A stretch of 64,000 nt of DNA, taken from NCBI GenBank assembly GCA_964467385.1, contig CAYXQC010000001.1, forward strand, positions 71,896 to 135,895, read 5' to 3'. Positions 18,196 through 29,180 of this stretch are shown piece after piece. The notes beneath the pieces are model-generated. The model was not told the origin of the DNA, ran no database searches, and saw only the letters and a program-made list of their open reading frames with translations. A program made the translations under genes and the position numbers. Position 1 is the first letter of the stretch; each line of letters starts with the position of its first letter. Source of the DNA: an uncultured Candidatus Saccharibacteria bacterium. Its GTDB lineage: Bacteria; Patescibacteriota; Minisyncoccia; Phycocordibacterales; CAIZLB01.

Positions 18196-21100
18196 TTAAT
18201 TCATCACCTTTATAGTATCAACAATAAGGCTCGGTGTACCGTTTCTGCTTGAGGTTTTAGCTTTGATGGCTACACATTTTTCAGGTACCAAGATTGATTT
18301 GAATTGTTCGTATGTTTTTGGAAACACTACTACTTCGATCGAGCCAGTAAAATCAGCCAATTTCAAAAACATCATACGAACTGATGGATCTTTTTTTGTG
18401 GCAATTTCTTTTACTTCTTCGATGATACCTGCAACTACAACTTGTCGCTCGCGTGGCTGGTTTGCTGCCATTTGTTTTTTCCATGCTTCTTTATCGAATC
18501 GTTTTTTAGGTGCATTTGGATCAACTTTCTTTTTTGGCTTAATTCCATTAGCCTCATCTTCTGCGACTTTGGCTGCTTCAGCTGCTACTTTCTCAGCAGC
18601 CTTTTCTTCATCAGTTTTAATACCATTGGCAATCTGGAATTCGCGCCGCTGTCGGTCCATTGAATCTTTAACGGCTTGAGCCTCAGCTTCTTTGGCTTGC
18701 TTTTGGGCGAATTCTTCGGCATCTTGTTCGATTAGTTTTCGCAGTTTGAAAATATTTGTGTCGCGCTTATCAAGAACCTCGCGGTATTTATCAAGTGGGT
18801 GACCTGAAATGTACAAACCAAGAAGTTCTTTTTCCCAACCGAGTTTTTCTGTTTGCGTTGCCTTGTCAGCATCTTTCAGTTTCAGGTGTTGCACTGGACT
18901 TCCGTCGCTGTCACCAAACATTCCAAAGAGTGAGTCCTGGTTGTCTGGAAGTTTTGTTCGCTCTCGGTTGTAGTCGAGCATATCTTGGAGATTAGCGAGC
19001 ATAATTCCTCGTTCACCGAATTCATCCATGGCTCCTGCTTTGATCAAAGATTCGAGAGATTTTTTGTTTAAATTTTTATCTTTAATTCTATTTAAGAAAT
19101 CTTCGAGGTGTTTAAACTTACCGCCCGTTTTTCGCTCTTTAATGATGACAGATGCAATACCTTCACCGAAATTTTTAATACTAAAAAGTCCGAAACGAAT
19201 AGTGTTTTCCGCAACTACACCGAAATTTCCAAAACTTTCATTTACATTTGGCGGAAGCACTTTGATCTTCATTCGCTCACATTCTTTTACGGAAATAGAA
19301 ACTTTTTCTACGTCGCCTGACTCGTGAGTAAGTACGGCACTCATGTATTCAGCCGGCCAGTTAGCTTTGAGATATGCGGTAATATATGCCACTCGTCCAT
19401 ACGAAACTGAGTGTGCTTTGTTGAAACCGTATGATGCAAACGGTTCGATCTTTGCCCACACTTCTTCGGCACGTTCTTTTGTCCATTTACTGTGCTCCAT
19501 GCAACCCTTGATAAATTTTTCTCGCTGGAGGGCCATTTCCTCTGGAATCTTTTTACCTACAGCTTTTCGGAATTTATCTACTTCACCCCAGCTATATCCA
19601 GCAAGTTTGTGGGCCATCATCAAGAGATCGTCTTGGTACACCAAAACACCAAAAGTTTTCTTCAAAATTTCATAAACATCTGGGTCCATTGGCGGAATTT
19701 TCGAAGGGTCATGCTTTCGTGCAATGTAGTCGGGGATGAACTGCAAAGGTCCTGGTCGATACAAAGCTACCATCGCGTTGATGTCGTGGATGTTTGTTGG
19801 TTTCAATTCCTTCAAAAATCGTGTCATACCGTCACCGTTCAATTGGAACAAGTCTTCAGTCTCTCCGCGCTTTAACATGTCATATGTCTTTTGATCATCA
19901 AGTGGAATGGTATCGAGATCAATTTTCAAACCTGTGACAGTTGAACCATCAGGCTTTGTATACACTGTATTTTTATTTCGCGCTTCTGCGATTTCGATAG
20001 CATCGGCAATGATTGAAAGGTTTTTGAGACCTAGGAAGTCAAACTTCAAAAGGCCTGCATCCTCGATTGAGTACATGTCGTACTGCGTGATGATCTTATT
20101 TTCACCTTTTGGATCGTACTGAAGGGGAGTATAGTCTGTGATTTCAGTTGGTGAAATTACTACACCAGCCGCGTGAATACCCATGTGCCGTGCACAACCT
20201 TCAATCTTTTCAGCCATGTCGATGATTTTTTTAACATCTTCATTTGAGTCATAAAACTCTTTGAGTTCAGGAACGGTTTTTAGTGCAAGCTCAATGGTCA
20301 TCGGAAATCCTTGCTTGCCCATTGGGATTTGTTTAGCTATCTGGTCACCAAGTGCATGCGGATATCCAAGTGCTCGCGTCACATCACGCACTGATCCTCG
20401 AGCGGCCATGGTTCCGAATGTTCCAATCTGTGCCACTTTATCCTCGCCGTATTTTTTACGGGCATAAGATACCATTTCATCACGGCGGTTATCGGCGTAG
20501 TCCATATCGATATCGGGAGCGGATGGTCGGTCAGGATTGAGGAATCGCTCGAATGGAATTTCGTATTCAAGCGGGTCAATATTTGTAATACCAGAAAGGT
20601 ATGTCACCATCGAGCCGGATACCGAACCTCTAATATTAGAGAGGATGTTATGCTCACGGGCATATTTCAAGAGGTCGGCTACTACAAGAAAGTATGGCGC
20701 ATACCCTTTATTACGGATAACTTCAAGTTCGTATTCAACTCGCTTGAGAACATCTGGAGTTTTTTCAACATTTCTCCGTTCAAAGCCGGCATATACAATT
20801 TTTTTCAAATATTCATCGTATGGTTTTTCAGCATTTTTAAATTCTTCATCTATTTCTATCTTAGGGAATACCCATTTTCCAAGAACAATTTCAAGTGTGC
20901 ATCGATCAGCAATGATACCGGTATTTTCACAAGCATCCTTGTACTCGGCGAGCATCTCATACATTTCATCAGGACTTTTGAAAGAGAAATCACCCTCGTC
21001 ATCTTCAACGGGTCCGCTACCGATTTTTTGTACAGAAAGAAGGGTAGTTCGTGCTTTTTTGTCGTCAGGGTCGAGATAGAAGATGTTGTGTGCACCTACG

Positions 21101-21732
21101 AGCGGCACTCCGGTTTCTTCAGCAATTTTAGCCATACGATCCATAGAAGTTTTATGATCCTCAAGGTCGTCGTGTCGCGTAACTTCAATAAAAAGATTAC
21201 TTTCTTTTGGATCAGTTGAGGTGCCAAATACAGATTTATAATATTCAATTACGCGTTTTGCCTCGTCTATATTATTTGTACGCGCAAAAGAAACAGCTTC
21301 ACCACCAAATGATGGCATAATAGCAATCAACCCTTCTTTGTATTTTTCAATAAGTTCTTTGTCGATTCGTGGGCGATAATAGAAACCCTCAAAGTTTGAG
21401 AGTGTTACGAGTTGCTTTAGATTTTCGTAACCGATTGAATCTTTTGCAATCAAGAGAAGTTTTTTGCTTCGGTTATCGATTCTTGGTTCCTTGTCGTGAC
21501 GGGTTCTGGTTGCCACGAAAAAATCCACACCGATAATCGGCTTCATGGCAGTTTTTGGATTGGCACATTCTTTTACGAACTCTATGGCGCCGTAGAGGTT
21601 ACCATTGTCGGTGATGGCGAGAGCATCCATACCGTAACCCTTGGCTTTTTTGAGCATGTCTGGAATCTTCGGAAGTGCCTGAAGGAGACTATAATGAGTA
21701 TGCGTATGTAGGTGTACGAAACGTTTAGACAT
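18196..21732 (-). CDS. dnaE: DNA polymerase III alpha subunit
   Basis: N-terminal PHP domain HLHTHTHYSLL; 1178 aa; polymerase core and OB fold. Confidence 0.95.
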   Translation of the reverse strand: MSKRFVHLHTHTHYSLLQALPKIPDMLKKAKGYGMDALAITDNGNLYGAIEFVKECANPKTAMKPIIGVDFFVATRTRHDKEPRIDNRSKKLLLIAKDSIGYENLKQLVTLSNFEGFYYRPRIDKELIEKYKEGLIAIMPSFGGEAVSFARTNNIDEAKRVIEYYKSVFGTSTDPKESNLFIEVTRHDDLEDHKTSMDRMAKIAEETGVPLVGAHNIFYLDPDDKKARTTLLSVQKIGSGPVEDDEGDFSFKSPDEMYEMLAEYKDACENTGIIADRCTLEIVLGKWVFPKIEIDEEFKNAEKPYDEYLKKIVYAGFERRNVEKTPDVLKRVEYELEVIRNKGYAPYFLVVADLLKYAREHNILSNIRGSVSGSMVTYLSGITNIDPLEYEIPFERFLNPDRPSAPDIDMDYADNRRDEMVSYARKKYGEDKVAQIGTFGTMAARGSVRDVTRALGYPHALGDQIAKQIPMGKQGFPMTIELALKTVPELKEFYDSNEDVKKIIDMAEKIEGCARHMGIHAAGVVISPTEITDYTPLQYDPKGENKIITQYDMYSIEDAGLLKFDFLGLKNLSIIADAIEIAEARNKNTVYTKPDGSTVTGLKIDLDTIPLDDQKTYDMLKRGETEDLFQLNGDGMTRFLKELKPTNIHDINAMVALYRPGPLQFIPDYIARKHDPSKIPPMDPDVYEILKKTFGVLVYQDDLLMMAHKLAGYSWGEVDKFRKAVGKKIPEEMALQREKFIKGCMEHSKWTKERAEEVWAKIEPFASYGFNKAHSVSYGRVAYITAYLKANWPAEYMSAVLTHESGDVEKVSISVKECERMKIKVLPPNVNESFGNFGVVAENTIRFGLFSIKNFGEGIASVIIKERKTGGKFKHLEDFLNRIKDKNLNKKSLESLIKAGAMDEFGERGIMLANLQDMLDYNRERTKLPDNQDSLFGMFGDSDGSPVQHLKLKDADKATQTEKLGWEKELLGLYISGHPLDKYREVLDKRDTNIFKLRKLIEQDAEEFAQKQAKEAEAQAVKDSMDRQRREFQIANGIKTDEEKAAEKVAAEAAKVAEDEANGIKPKKKVDPNAPKKRFDKEAWKKQMAANQPRERQVVVAGIIEEVKEIATKKDPSVRMMFLKLADFTGSIEVVVFPKTYEQFKSILVPEKCVAIKAKTSSRNGTPSLIVDTIKVMN

Positions 21733-21897
21733 ATATATGTTCCTGCGGTGCCAAGGCCTAGCCTTGCAAAGAGGATTAAAATGTTAAAATTGGTATGCTT
21801 CCATTATACTCGGGTTTTGGTGAAATGAGAAACTGTGGAAAATTGATAAGGTTACTGAATATGTGAAAGGTGTTGATGATTTTGCACGAATTTAAAT

Positions 21898-22635
21898 ATG
21901 AAGAAAAACTCAAAAAAATATCAAAAAACTGCTAAGACCTCAAAAACTGTGGAGTATGTTTTAGGTGTTGATGAAGTTGGTCGGGGACCGCTCGCAGGTC
22001 CTGTGACTGTTTGTGTGTCAATGATTCGAAAAGGGCCTTTTGAAAAACTATATGAAAAAAGATTGAAATCAGAATTGAAAAGAATTTCAGGTACTGCGTA
22101 TCCGATCGGTAAAGATTCTAAAAAAATGAAAGAGAACGAGAGAGAGTTTTGGTTCGAATATTTACGTGTTTTTGAAAAGCTCGGTGATGTTTCGTTTTTT
22201 GTTGGTTCAAAAACTGCCAAGCAAATTGATCAAAAGGGGATTGCTGTTTGTATTCAGGAACTTGTGGATGAGCTTGTTGGGTGGGCTTATGAAAAAGCTA
22301 CAGATAGTGCAGCTAGTGTAGCTGAAAAAAATTCCAATGCGCAAATTTCACTCCTTGCCGACGGTGGATTAAAAGCGCTTCGAACACTCGATAAAATTCA
22401 CTCACAAAAAATTATTATAAAAGGAGATGAAAAAGAATTTGCCATATCAATTGCGTCTGTATACGCAAAGGTGACTCGTGATCGTTACATGAAGAAATTA
22501 TCAAAAAATTCTAAATATTCGCACTATAAATTTGATATCCATAAAGGGTATGGAACCTTGGCGCACCGAACTGTTATGATCGGACAAGGTTTATCTGATC
22601 AACATAGGAAGAGTTTCTGTAAGCGATTCGTCTAG
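21898..22635 (+). CDS. rnhB: ribonuclease HII
   Basis: LGVDEVGRGPLAGPVTV motif of RNase HII, with a Lys-rich N-terminal extension. Confidence 0.85.
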   Translation: MKKNSKKYQKTAKTSKTVEYVLGVDEVGRGPLAGPVTVCVSMIRKGPFEKLYEKRLKSELKRISGTAYPIGKDSKKMKENEREFWFEYLRVFEKLGDVSFFVGSKTAKQIDQKGIAVCIQELVDELVGWAYEKATDSAASVAEKNSNAQISLLADGGLKALRTLDKIHSQKIIIKGDEKEFAISIASVYAKVTRDRYMKKLSKNSKYSHYKFDIHKGYGTLAHRTVMIGQGLSDQHRKSFCKRFV

Positions 22636-22801
22636 AAGGCAGTTCTTTTGTATACAATAATTGTTATCTACGATCTTTTGCACAAAACCTATATTCATAG
22701 TATGATAGGGTCGTTCCTAGTTTCTCAAGAGCCAGCGGTATCGTTGGGCAAAAGAGGGTCGGCTACGGATACATTTATATCAATACCCAATTAAGTACCA
22801 A

Positions 22802-23113
22802 ATGGCAAAAAAACTATATGTTGGAAACCTCGCATGGGCGACTACTTCTGACAGCCTTAAGGATGCTTTCTCACAGGCAGGCGAAGTTATCTCAGCTCTC
22901 GTAATGACAGACAAGATGACTGGCCGATCACGAGGCTTCGGTTTCGTGGAAGTTCCAGATGAAGTTGCAGACGCTGCAATCTCTATGTGGAATGGTAAAG
23001 ATCTCGACGGACGAGCTATCATCGTAAATGAAGCACGACCTATGACAGATCGACCTGCAGGAGATCGTCCTCGACGAGACTTCGGTGACCGAGGTCCTCG
23101 ACGAAGCTTCTAA
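22802..23113 (+). CDS. RRM-type RNA-binding protein with Arg/Asp-rich tail
   Basis: RNP2 KLYVGNL and RNP1 RGFGFVEV, with an about 160-nt untranslated leader upstream. Confidence 0.85.
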   Translation: MAKKLYVGNLAWATTSDSLKDAFSQAGEVISALVMTDKMTGRSRGFGFVEVPDEVADAAISMWNGKDLDGRAIIVNEARPMTDRPAGDRPRRDFGDRGPRRSF

Positions 23114-23188
23114 TGTCTTCGGGCTTGTCCCGAACTTAGAAACAATCTTTCTTATCAGCCTGGTCTGCATCTCAGATTAGGTAAGGCA

Positions 23189-23236
23189 GAAAACAAAAAC
23201 ACCATCTCGAAAGAGGTGGTGTTTTTGTTTTCTGTA
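23189..23236. terminator. bidirectional terminator (RRM gene / typA)
   Basis: About 19-bp near-perfect stem aaaacaaaaacaccatctc/gaggtggtgtttttgtttt with a GAAA tetraloop. Confidence 0.7.
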
Positions 23237-23380
23237 TTTCCTTTAGTGAGGAGCATCAAGGCGTAATAGCCTCAATGGTAAAAAATAATTCTTAGATGAG
23301 TTGCTTGAAACTTGCAAACTGCAGTGAGCAGAGGAAAATCTCAGGAGAGATTTTCTGTTTTCATGCAACGAAGAGAAGAA

Positions 23381-25177
23381 TTATTTTTTACCATTTCTAT
23401 CTCTCTCAGTCTTCGTCAAAAACTTCTTTCGAATTCGTACGTTTGTTGGAGTAATTTCCAAGTATTCGTCTTCGTTAATGAGTTCAAGACCTCGTTCGAT
23501 GGTGATTTCAAGTGGAGGAACTAGATAAGTTGTATCGTCAGTTCCTGAAGCTCGCATGTTTGTAAGCTGCTTTCCTTTAGTTGGGTTTACTTCCATTTCT
23601 TCACCCTTTGATGTGTTACCGACAACCATACCGCCGTACACTTCTGTACCGTGACCGATATAGAGAATACCTCGTGTTTGAAGATTACCGAGCGCGAATG
23701 TCACGGCCTTACCATTTTCCATAGAAATCATAGAACCTACTTCTCGCTTTTCAATCACGCCGGCATGTTCTCGGAATTCAATAAATCGTGATGACATAAT
23801 CCCTTCACCCTTCGTATCCACAACAAATTGGCTTCGATAACCGAGAAGTCCTCGAGTTGGAATATCAAATGTAAGTCGAGTCACGCCATTATCCTGCTTC
23901 ATTGAAGTCATGATACCTTTTCGCTTACCGATTTTTTCGATCACAGTTCCTGAAAATTCATCAGGTGTATCGATCACAAGTTCTTCATACGGTTCTGATT
24001 TAACACCATTGATATCTTTCAAAATTACTTCAGGTTGTGACACTTGAATTTCATAGCCTTCTCGTCGCATTTGTTCAAGAAGAATGGCAATGTGAAGTTC
24101 ACCTCGTCCATATACTTTCATTCGGTCTCCGTCAAAATCAACTTTAAGACCAACGTTCACCTCGAGTTCTTTTTCAAGTCGATCTCGAATCTGTCGGCTT
24201 GTTACAAATTTTCCTTCTCGTCCAGCAAAAGGAGAGTCGTTCACAAGGAAGTTCAAAGAGATGGTTGGTTCATCGATAGAAATAGTAGGAAGCGATGGGG
24301 TATCAGCACTGTCTGTGATTGTGTCACCGATGTAAATATTTGTGAGCCCTGCGATCATGGCAACATCGCCTGAGATAGCTTCAGCTGCTTCGATTTTACC
24401 CATACCTTGGAATGTGAAAAGTTTTACAACTCGTCCTTGTTCAACAGATCCATCAGGTTTTTTCACAAAAACATTTTGATTGGTTTTGATTTTTCCTTTC
24501 CAAATTCGGGCAACCGCTAGTCGTCCGAGGAAATTGTCATATGCAAGGTTGAATGGCTGAGCCACGAGTGGTTCATTGCTTTCATCTTTTGCAGGCTGAA
24601 CTTTGTCGAGAATCATTTCAAAGAGAGGATCAAAGTCAGCAAAAGTATCAGTGAGATTAATCTTTGCAACACCGTCTCGTCCAATCGCATAAACCATAGG
24701 GAAGTCGAGCTGTGCATCATCGGCACCAAGTTCCATAAAGAGTTCGAGCACTTCATCGTGTACTCGGCCAGGATTTGCTGCAGGCTTATCAAGTTTATTC
24801 AAAATCACGATTGGTTTAAGACCAAGTTCGATAGACTTTTTCAAAACGAATCGTGTCTGAGGCATTGGACCTTCTTGAGCGTCCACTACGAGGAGTACAC
24901 AGTCGATAGATCGAAGAATTCGTTCTACTTCAGAACCGAAATCGGCGTGACCTGGCGTGTCGATGATGTTGATTTTGTGTTCCTGACCAGTTTTTTTGCT
25001 CTTATATATAAGAGAAGCATTCTTGGCGTAAATAGTAATACCTCGCTCTTGTTCAAGGGCGTTTGAGTCCATAGAGCTGGCATCTTTTACCATGCCTGTG
25101 TATTTCATCATCGAGTCTACGATGGTTGTCTTTCCGTGGTCTACATGAGCGATAATGGCGATGTTTCGAATGTCCAT
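23381..25177 (-). CDS. typA: translational GTPase TypA/BipA
   Basis: MDIRNIAIIAHVDHGKTT with G-domain motifs; 598 aa. Confidence 0.95.
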   Translation of the reverse strand: MDIRNIAIIAHVDHGKTTIVDSMMKYTGMVKDASSMDSNALEQERGITIYAKNASLIYKSKKTGQEHKINIIDTPGHADFGSEVERILRSIDCVLLVVDAQEGPMPQTRFVLKKSIELGLKPIVILNKLDKPAANPGRVHDEVLELFMELGADDAQLDFPMVYAIGRDGVAKINLTDTFADFDPLFEMILDKVQPAKDESNEPLVAQPFNLAYDNFLGRLAVARIWKGKIKTNQNVFVKKPDGSVEQGRVVKLFTFQGMGKIEAAEAISGDVAMIAGLTNIYIGDTITDSADTPSLPTISIDEPTISLNFLVNDSPFAGREGKFVTSRQIRDRLEKELEVNVGLKVDFDGDRMKVYGRGELHIAILLEQMRREGYEIQVSQPEVILKDINGVKSEPYEELVIDTPDEFSGTVIEKIGKRKGIMTSMKQDNGVTRLTFDIPTRGLLGYRSQFVVDTKGEGIMSSRFIEFREHAGVIEKREVGSMISMENGKAVTFALGNLQTRGILYIGHGTEVYGGMVVGNTSKGEEMEVNPTKGKQLTNMRASGTDDTTYLVPPLEITIERGLELINEDEYLEITPTNVRIRKKFLTKTERDRNGKK

Positions 25178-25417
25178 AATAATGTGTAATATTGGTTAAT
25201 AGGCGCGGCGACTTGGCTAATTTGATTTGCGTAGGCGAGCGATTTTTGTGAATAAAAATGACCCGCACTGCGTGGTCTAAGTGACATTGATTAAAGCATT
25301 ATTTAGAGTTTGGTGCAAGGTATGGATTGACATATTGTATTTAAATGATTTACTTTGTCAGAAATACGGATCTCCAGGTATGTACCTGAAGAGTAATGAT
25401 CAAAACCATGATATATT

Positions 25418-26989
25418 ATGAGTATGAAAAATAAACTCAGTTCATTAAAGAATTTATTAAAGAAAAAGCGCATACTGATTCCGCTCATTCTTGTTTTGCT
25501 CGGCGTAGGTTATGTTGTGTTTGGAAAAAGTGGCACAGATAGTGAAGATATTGTCACAGTTCAGTCTTCAACTTTCATTCAGGAGGTTTCAGTAACTGGA
25601 AAAGTTGTTGCTGCACAAGATGTTGATATGGCATTTGAAACATCTGGTAGAGTTTCTCGGGTAAATGTCAAAGTTGGTGACATCGTCAAGACTGGTCAGG
25701 TTCTGGCAAGTGTTGGCAGTGGTGACCAATATGCAACTGTACTCCAACGGCAGGCTCGAGTGGATTCTGAAGCAGCAAAACTTGCTGAAATTCAGCGTGG
25801 GTCTCGAACAGAAGATATCTCTATTGCACAAACAGAGGCTGACGGTGCACGTATTACACGAGATCAAAATCTTCAATCTCTTGTAGATCAAATAAAAGAT
25901 TCATATTCAAAAGTTGATGATGCTGTTCGAAGCAAAGCCGATCAGCTTTTCAAAAATCCGCGAAGTGTAAATCCAGAAGTTGTCTCTTTTGATAATTATC
26001 AGCTCCGAATTTCTGTAAATGATCAGCGAGTGAAAATTGGTGAAATGCTTGATGTGTGGGCTAAATCAGTTGCTGCACTTACTGTCTCAAATTATTCTGA
26101 AAATTATATAAATGAAGCACGGATCAATCTGGCTATTGCTCGAAGTTTTTTCAATGATCTTGGTGCGGGTGTGGCAATCCTTACTGCAAGCGACGCAGTG
26201 CCACAAACAACTATTGATAAATATAAATCAGATATCTCATCCGCTCGAACATCTGTCGCTTCATCTATCACATCTCTAGCTTCAGCTGAACAAACATACA
26301 AGTCGAGTATCACAGCGTACGCTCGAGCTCAAGATCAATTGGCGCTAAAAAAGGCTGGTTCGACGATCGAACAGATAAATTCACAGCAAGCAATTCTAAA
26401 AAGTGCACAAGCTGATCTACAAAGTGCTCAAGCACTTTTAGCAAAAACAAACATCACTGCGCCATTTGATGGAATTGTGACAAAAGTTGATACAAAAGTT
26501 GGTGAAATTGCCAGTGTTAATACAAATGTAATCGCTATGATAAGCGCGTCTTCGTATGAAGTCGAAAGTCATATTTCAGAAACAGATATTGCAAAAGTAC
26601 AAGTTGGACAGCCTGCACGTATTACACTCGACGCATATGGAAAAGATATTATTTTCTTGGCAACTGTTGTACAGGTTGATCCAGCAGAAACTGTTCTAGA
26701 TGGTGTGTCAACATATAAAACAAAATTACAATTTAATTCGACTGATAATAGGATTCGTTCAGGTATGACTGCTAATATCACGATTCAAACTGCTGAAAAA
26801 CCATCATCTGTTGTTGTCCCACAAGAGGCGTTGTTTCTTGAAGCTGGTGAAAAGATGGTCACCATTGATCAGGCTGGTAATCGTGTGAAGCGAAAAGTTG
26901 AAACAGGTGGCATTAATTCAGAAGGTAAAATTGAAATAATTTCAGGTATTTCAGTGGGTGAGCGAGTGGTAGTGAAAAAGTCAGAGTAG
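25418..26989 (+). CDS. HlyD-family periplasmic adaptor (MacA-like) of tripartite ABC exporter
   Basis: N-terminal TM, long coiled-coil hairpin region, and a C-terminal beta-barrel domain (VVVPQEALF). Confidence 0.75.
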   Translation: MSMKNKLSSLKNLLKKKRILIPLILVLLGVGYVVFGKSGTDSEDIVTVQSSTFIQEVSVTGKVVAAQDVDMAFETSGRVSRVNVKVGDIVKTGQVLASVGSGDQYATVLQRQARVDSEAAKLAEIQRGSRTEDISIAQTEADGARITRDQNLQSLVDQIKDSYSKVDDAVRSKADQLFKNPRSVNPEVVSFDNYQLRISVNDQRVKIGEMLDVWAKSVAALTVSNYSENYINEARINLAIARSFFNDLGAGVAILTASDAVPQTTIDKYKSDISSARTSVASSITSLASAEQTYKSSITAYARAQDQLALKKAGSTIEQINSQQAILKSAQADLQSAQALLAKTNITAPFDGIVTKVDTKVGEIASVNTNVIAMISASSYEVESHISETDIAKVQVGQPARITLDAYGKDIIFLATVVQVDPAETVLDGVSTYKTKLQFNSTDNRIRSGMTANITIQTAEKPSSVVVPQEALFLEAGEKMVTIDQAGNRVKRKVETGGINSEGKIEIISGISVGERVVVKKSE

Positions 26990-27035
26990 TGTATCTCTGC
27001 GCTTTTAGGTGAATTTTGTTCAAAAACGCTAAAAT

Positions 27036-28319
27036 ATGGAACGAAAAAATAAATCATTAGGAAACAAAAATGTGTGGCGGGTAGGAATTTTCTTATCCTA
27101 TCGGCAGATTAAGCGTGCCAGTCTTTGGACTACTACACTTATTATTGCTGTTATGACGCTTACATTTCTTAATCTTGTAGTGGTGAATGGTGTACTTGTC
27201 GGACTTATTCAAAGTTCTGTTGAAGCACAGCGAGAACGAGGGACCGGTGATGTCATCGTGACAAAACTTCAACAAAAGAATCAGATTGAGCGAAGCCAGG
27301 ATATTCTTAATGTGCTCCATGGTATCTCTGATGTTGCAAAAGTGTCACCACGATACACTGCTGGTGGAACTTTGAATGCTGATTATCGACGACTTCTTCG
27401 ACAAGATGAAACTCCAAACAAATTAAGTGCAAATTTTGTAGGAGTTGATCCAATCGTTGAGGATAGTATCACCGATATCTCAAAGTATATTATCGAAGGT
27501 GCGTATCTTCAGGATAATGATGTTGACGGTATAGTCATTGGTGCGAACTTCCTGTACAAATATACGCCGATTGAAACTGCTGGTTTCCAAACGCTCAAAG
27601 ATATTTCGATTGGTCAAAAGCTAAAACTTACAATCAATGGTAATTCAAAAGAAGTGATTGTGCGTGGTGTGATTAAATCTAAAGTTGATGACAATGACTT
27701 CCGTGTATTTATGCTTGGAAGTGAGCTTCGAAAACTGATCGGCCGACCGGATATGAATGTAGATGAAATTGCTGTAAAGCTTTTACCTGGCGCAAATGAG
27801 CAGGATGCTCTTCGTGTAAAACAGCTTCTTTTGAATAACAATTTCGAAGATTCTGCTAAGATTCAGACATTCGTCGAAGCTCAGCCGAAATTTCTCAAAG
27901 ATATCGCGGCTACTTTTGGACTCCTTGGTAACATGATAGGAACAATTGGTCTTGCGGTTGCATCGATCACTATCTTCATTGTAATTTTCGTAAATGCACT
28001 CACTCGCCGAAAGTTCATCGGAATCTTGAAAGGTATTGGTGTGCATCCAAAATCAATCGAGGTGTCATATATTATTCAATCAATTTTTTATGCAACAACA
28101 GGGTCGGTGATCGGGCTTATTATGCTGTATGGGTTCCTGGTGCCATTTATTGATGCTCATCCAATCAACTTCCCATTTAGCGATGGTATTCTGTACGCAC
28201 CAGTGTTTGGTACAATGCTTCGTGTAGTTGCGCTTCTTATAACCACAATCATTGCTGGTTATATTCCTGCGCGCATGATTGTTAAGAAGAATACACTTGA
28301 TGCGATTTTGGGTAGGTAG
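27036..28319 (+). CDS. ABC transporter permease, FtsX/MacB-like
   Basis: First TM, large periplasmic domain, then three C-terminal TM segments (FtsX-like fold). Confidence 0.8.
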   Translation: MERKNKSLGNKNVWRVGIFLSYRQIKRASLWTTTLIIAVMTLTFLNLVVVNGVLVGLIQSSVEAQRERGTGDVIVTKLQQKNQIERSQDILNVLHGISDVAKVSPRYTAGGTLNADYRRLLRQDETPNKLSANFVGVDPIVEDSITDISKYIIEGAYLQDNDVDGIVIGANFLYKYTPIETAGFQTLKDISIGQKLKLTINGNSKEVIVRGVIKSKVDDNDFRVFMLGSELRKLIGRPDMNVDEIAVKLLPGANEQDALRVKQLLLNNNFEDSAKIQTFVEAQPKFLKDIAATFGLLGNMIGTIGLAVASITIFIVIFVNALTRRKFIGILKGIGVHPKSIEVSYIIQSIFYATTGSVIGLIMLYGFLVPFIDAHPINFPFSDGILYAPVFGTMLRVVALLITTIIAGYIPARMIVKKNTLDAILGR

Positions 28320-28367
28320 AAGAATATGTCACTATGAAATTTACATGAAAATTTTCTAAATAAAAAC

Positions 28368-29081
28368 ATGAACACTCACCATACTCATCATCCTCAGCAC
28401 AAAAAAGATAACATTATTGTTACAAAGGACTTAAAGAAATCTTTTATTGATGGTGATAAAGTTACAACGGTTTTGAAAGGGATCGATCTTGAAATTAAGC
28501 GCGGTGAATTTGTGGCAATTATGGGACGCTCAGGTGCTGGTAAATCGACACTTCTGTATCAAGTAAGTCTTCTCGATAGGGCTACAAGCGGAGATGTTCA
28601 TGTCGATGGTGTGAATGTAAGTAAATTGCCAGAGGATGAACGTGTAGCGTTTAGGCTTCGAGAACTCGGGTATGTGTTTCAAGACTATGCACTACTTCCT
28701 GATCTTACTGCTCGTGAAAACGTCGCAGTTCCACTTATTATGCAAGGGTATGCAATGAATGATGCCTATGAAATCGCTGAAAAAAACTTGGCACGTGTAG
28801 GTTTGTCACATCGTGTGCATAATCTCCCTTCAAAGCTTTCTGGAGGTGAACAACAGCGTGTAAGTATTGCGCGAGCCATCGCACATAGTCCAAAGATTCT
28901 TTTTGCAGATGAGCCAACTGCAAACCTTGATACTGAATCATCAGCTCTGATTTTGAAAATTTTCCAAGAATTAAATGCTGAGGGACAGACTATTGTGATG
29001 GTGACTCACGAGGAAGAGTACGGTAAAGCAACTGATAGGGTCATTTTTCTAAAAGATGGACTTTTGAGTGAGGATAGATAA
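28368..29081 (+). CDS. ABC transporter ATP-binding protein (MacB/LolD-like)
   Basis: Walker A GRSGAGKST, signature LSGGEQQRVSIARA, Walker B ILFADEPT. Confidence 0.9.
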   Translation: MNTHHTHHPQHKKDNIIVTKDLKKSFIDGDKVTTVLKGIDLEIKRGEFVAIMGRSGAGKSTLLYQVSLLDRATSGDVHVDGVNVSKLPEDERVAFRLRELGYVFQDYALLPDLTARENVAVPLIMQGYAMNDAYEIAEKNLARVGLSHRVHNLPSKLSGGEQQRVSIARAIAHSPKILFADEPTANLDTESSALILKIFQELNAEGQTIVMVTHEEEYGKATDRVIFLKDGLLSEDR

Positions 29082-29180
29082 AATATGAGTAAATTGATCA
29101 AGTACGAACGCGGTGTTCGTACACAAGGTCTTTGAAACTCGGTTAATAAACCTTACATAAATAGAAAGGAAAAGCATCGC

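Noticed and set aside
18263-21711. Numerous 60-190-aa ORFs antisense to dnaE (similar ones in rpoB, rpoC, uvrD and the surface-protein genes)
   Set aside because: They lie entirely inside long, well-supported conserved genes on the opposite strand and show low-complexity or odd composition. Treated as frame noise.
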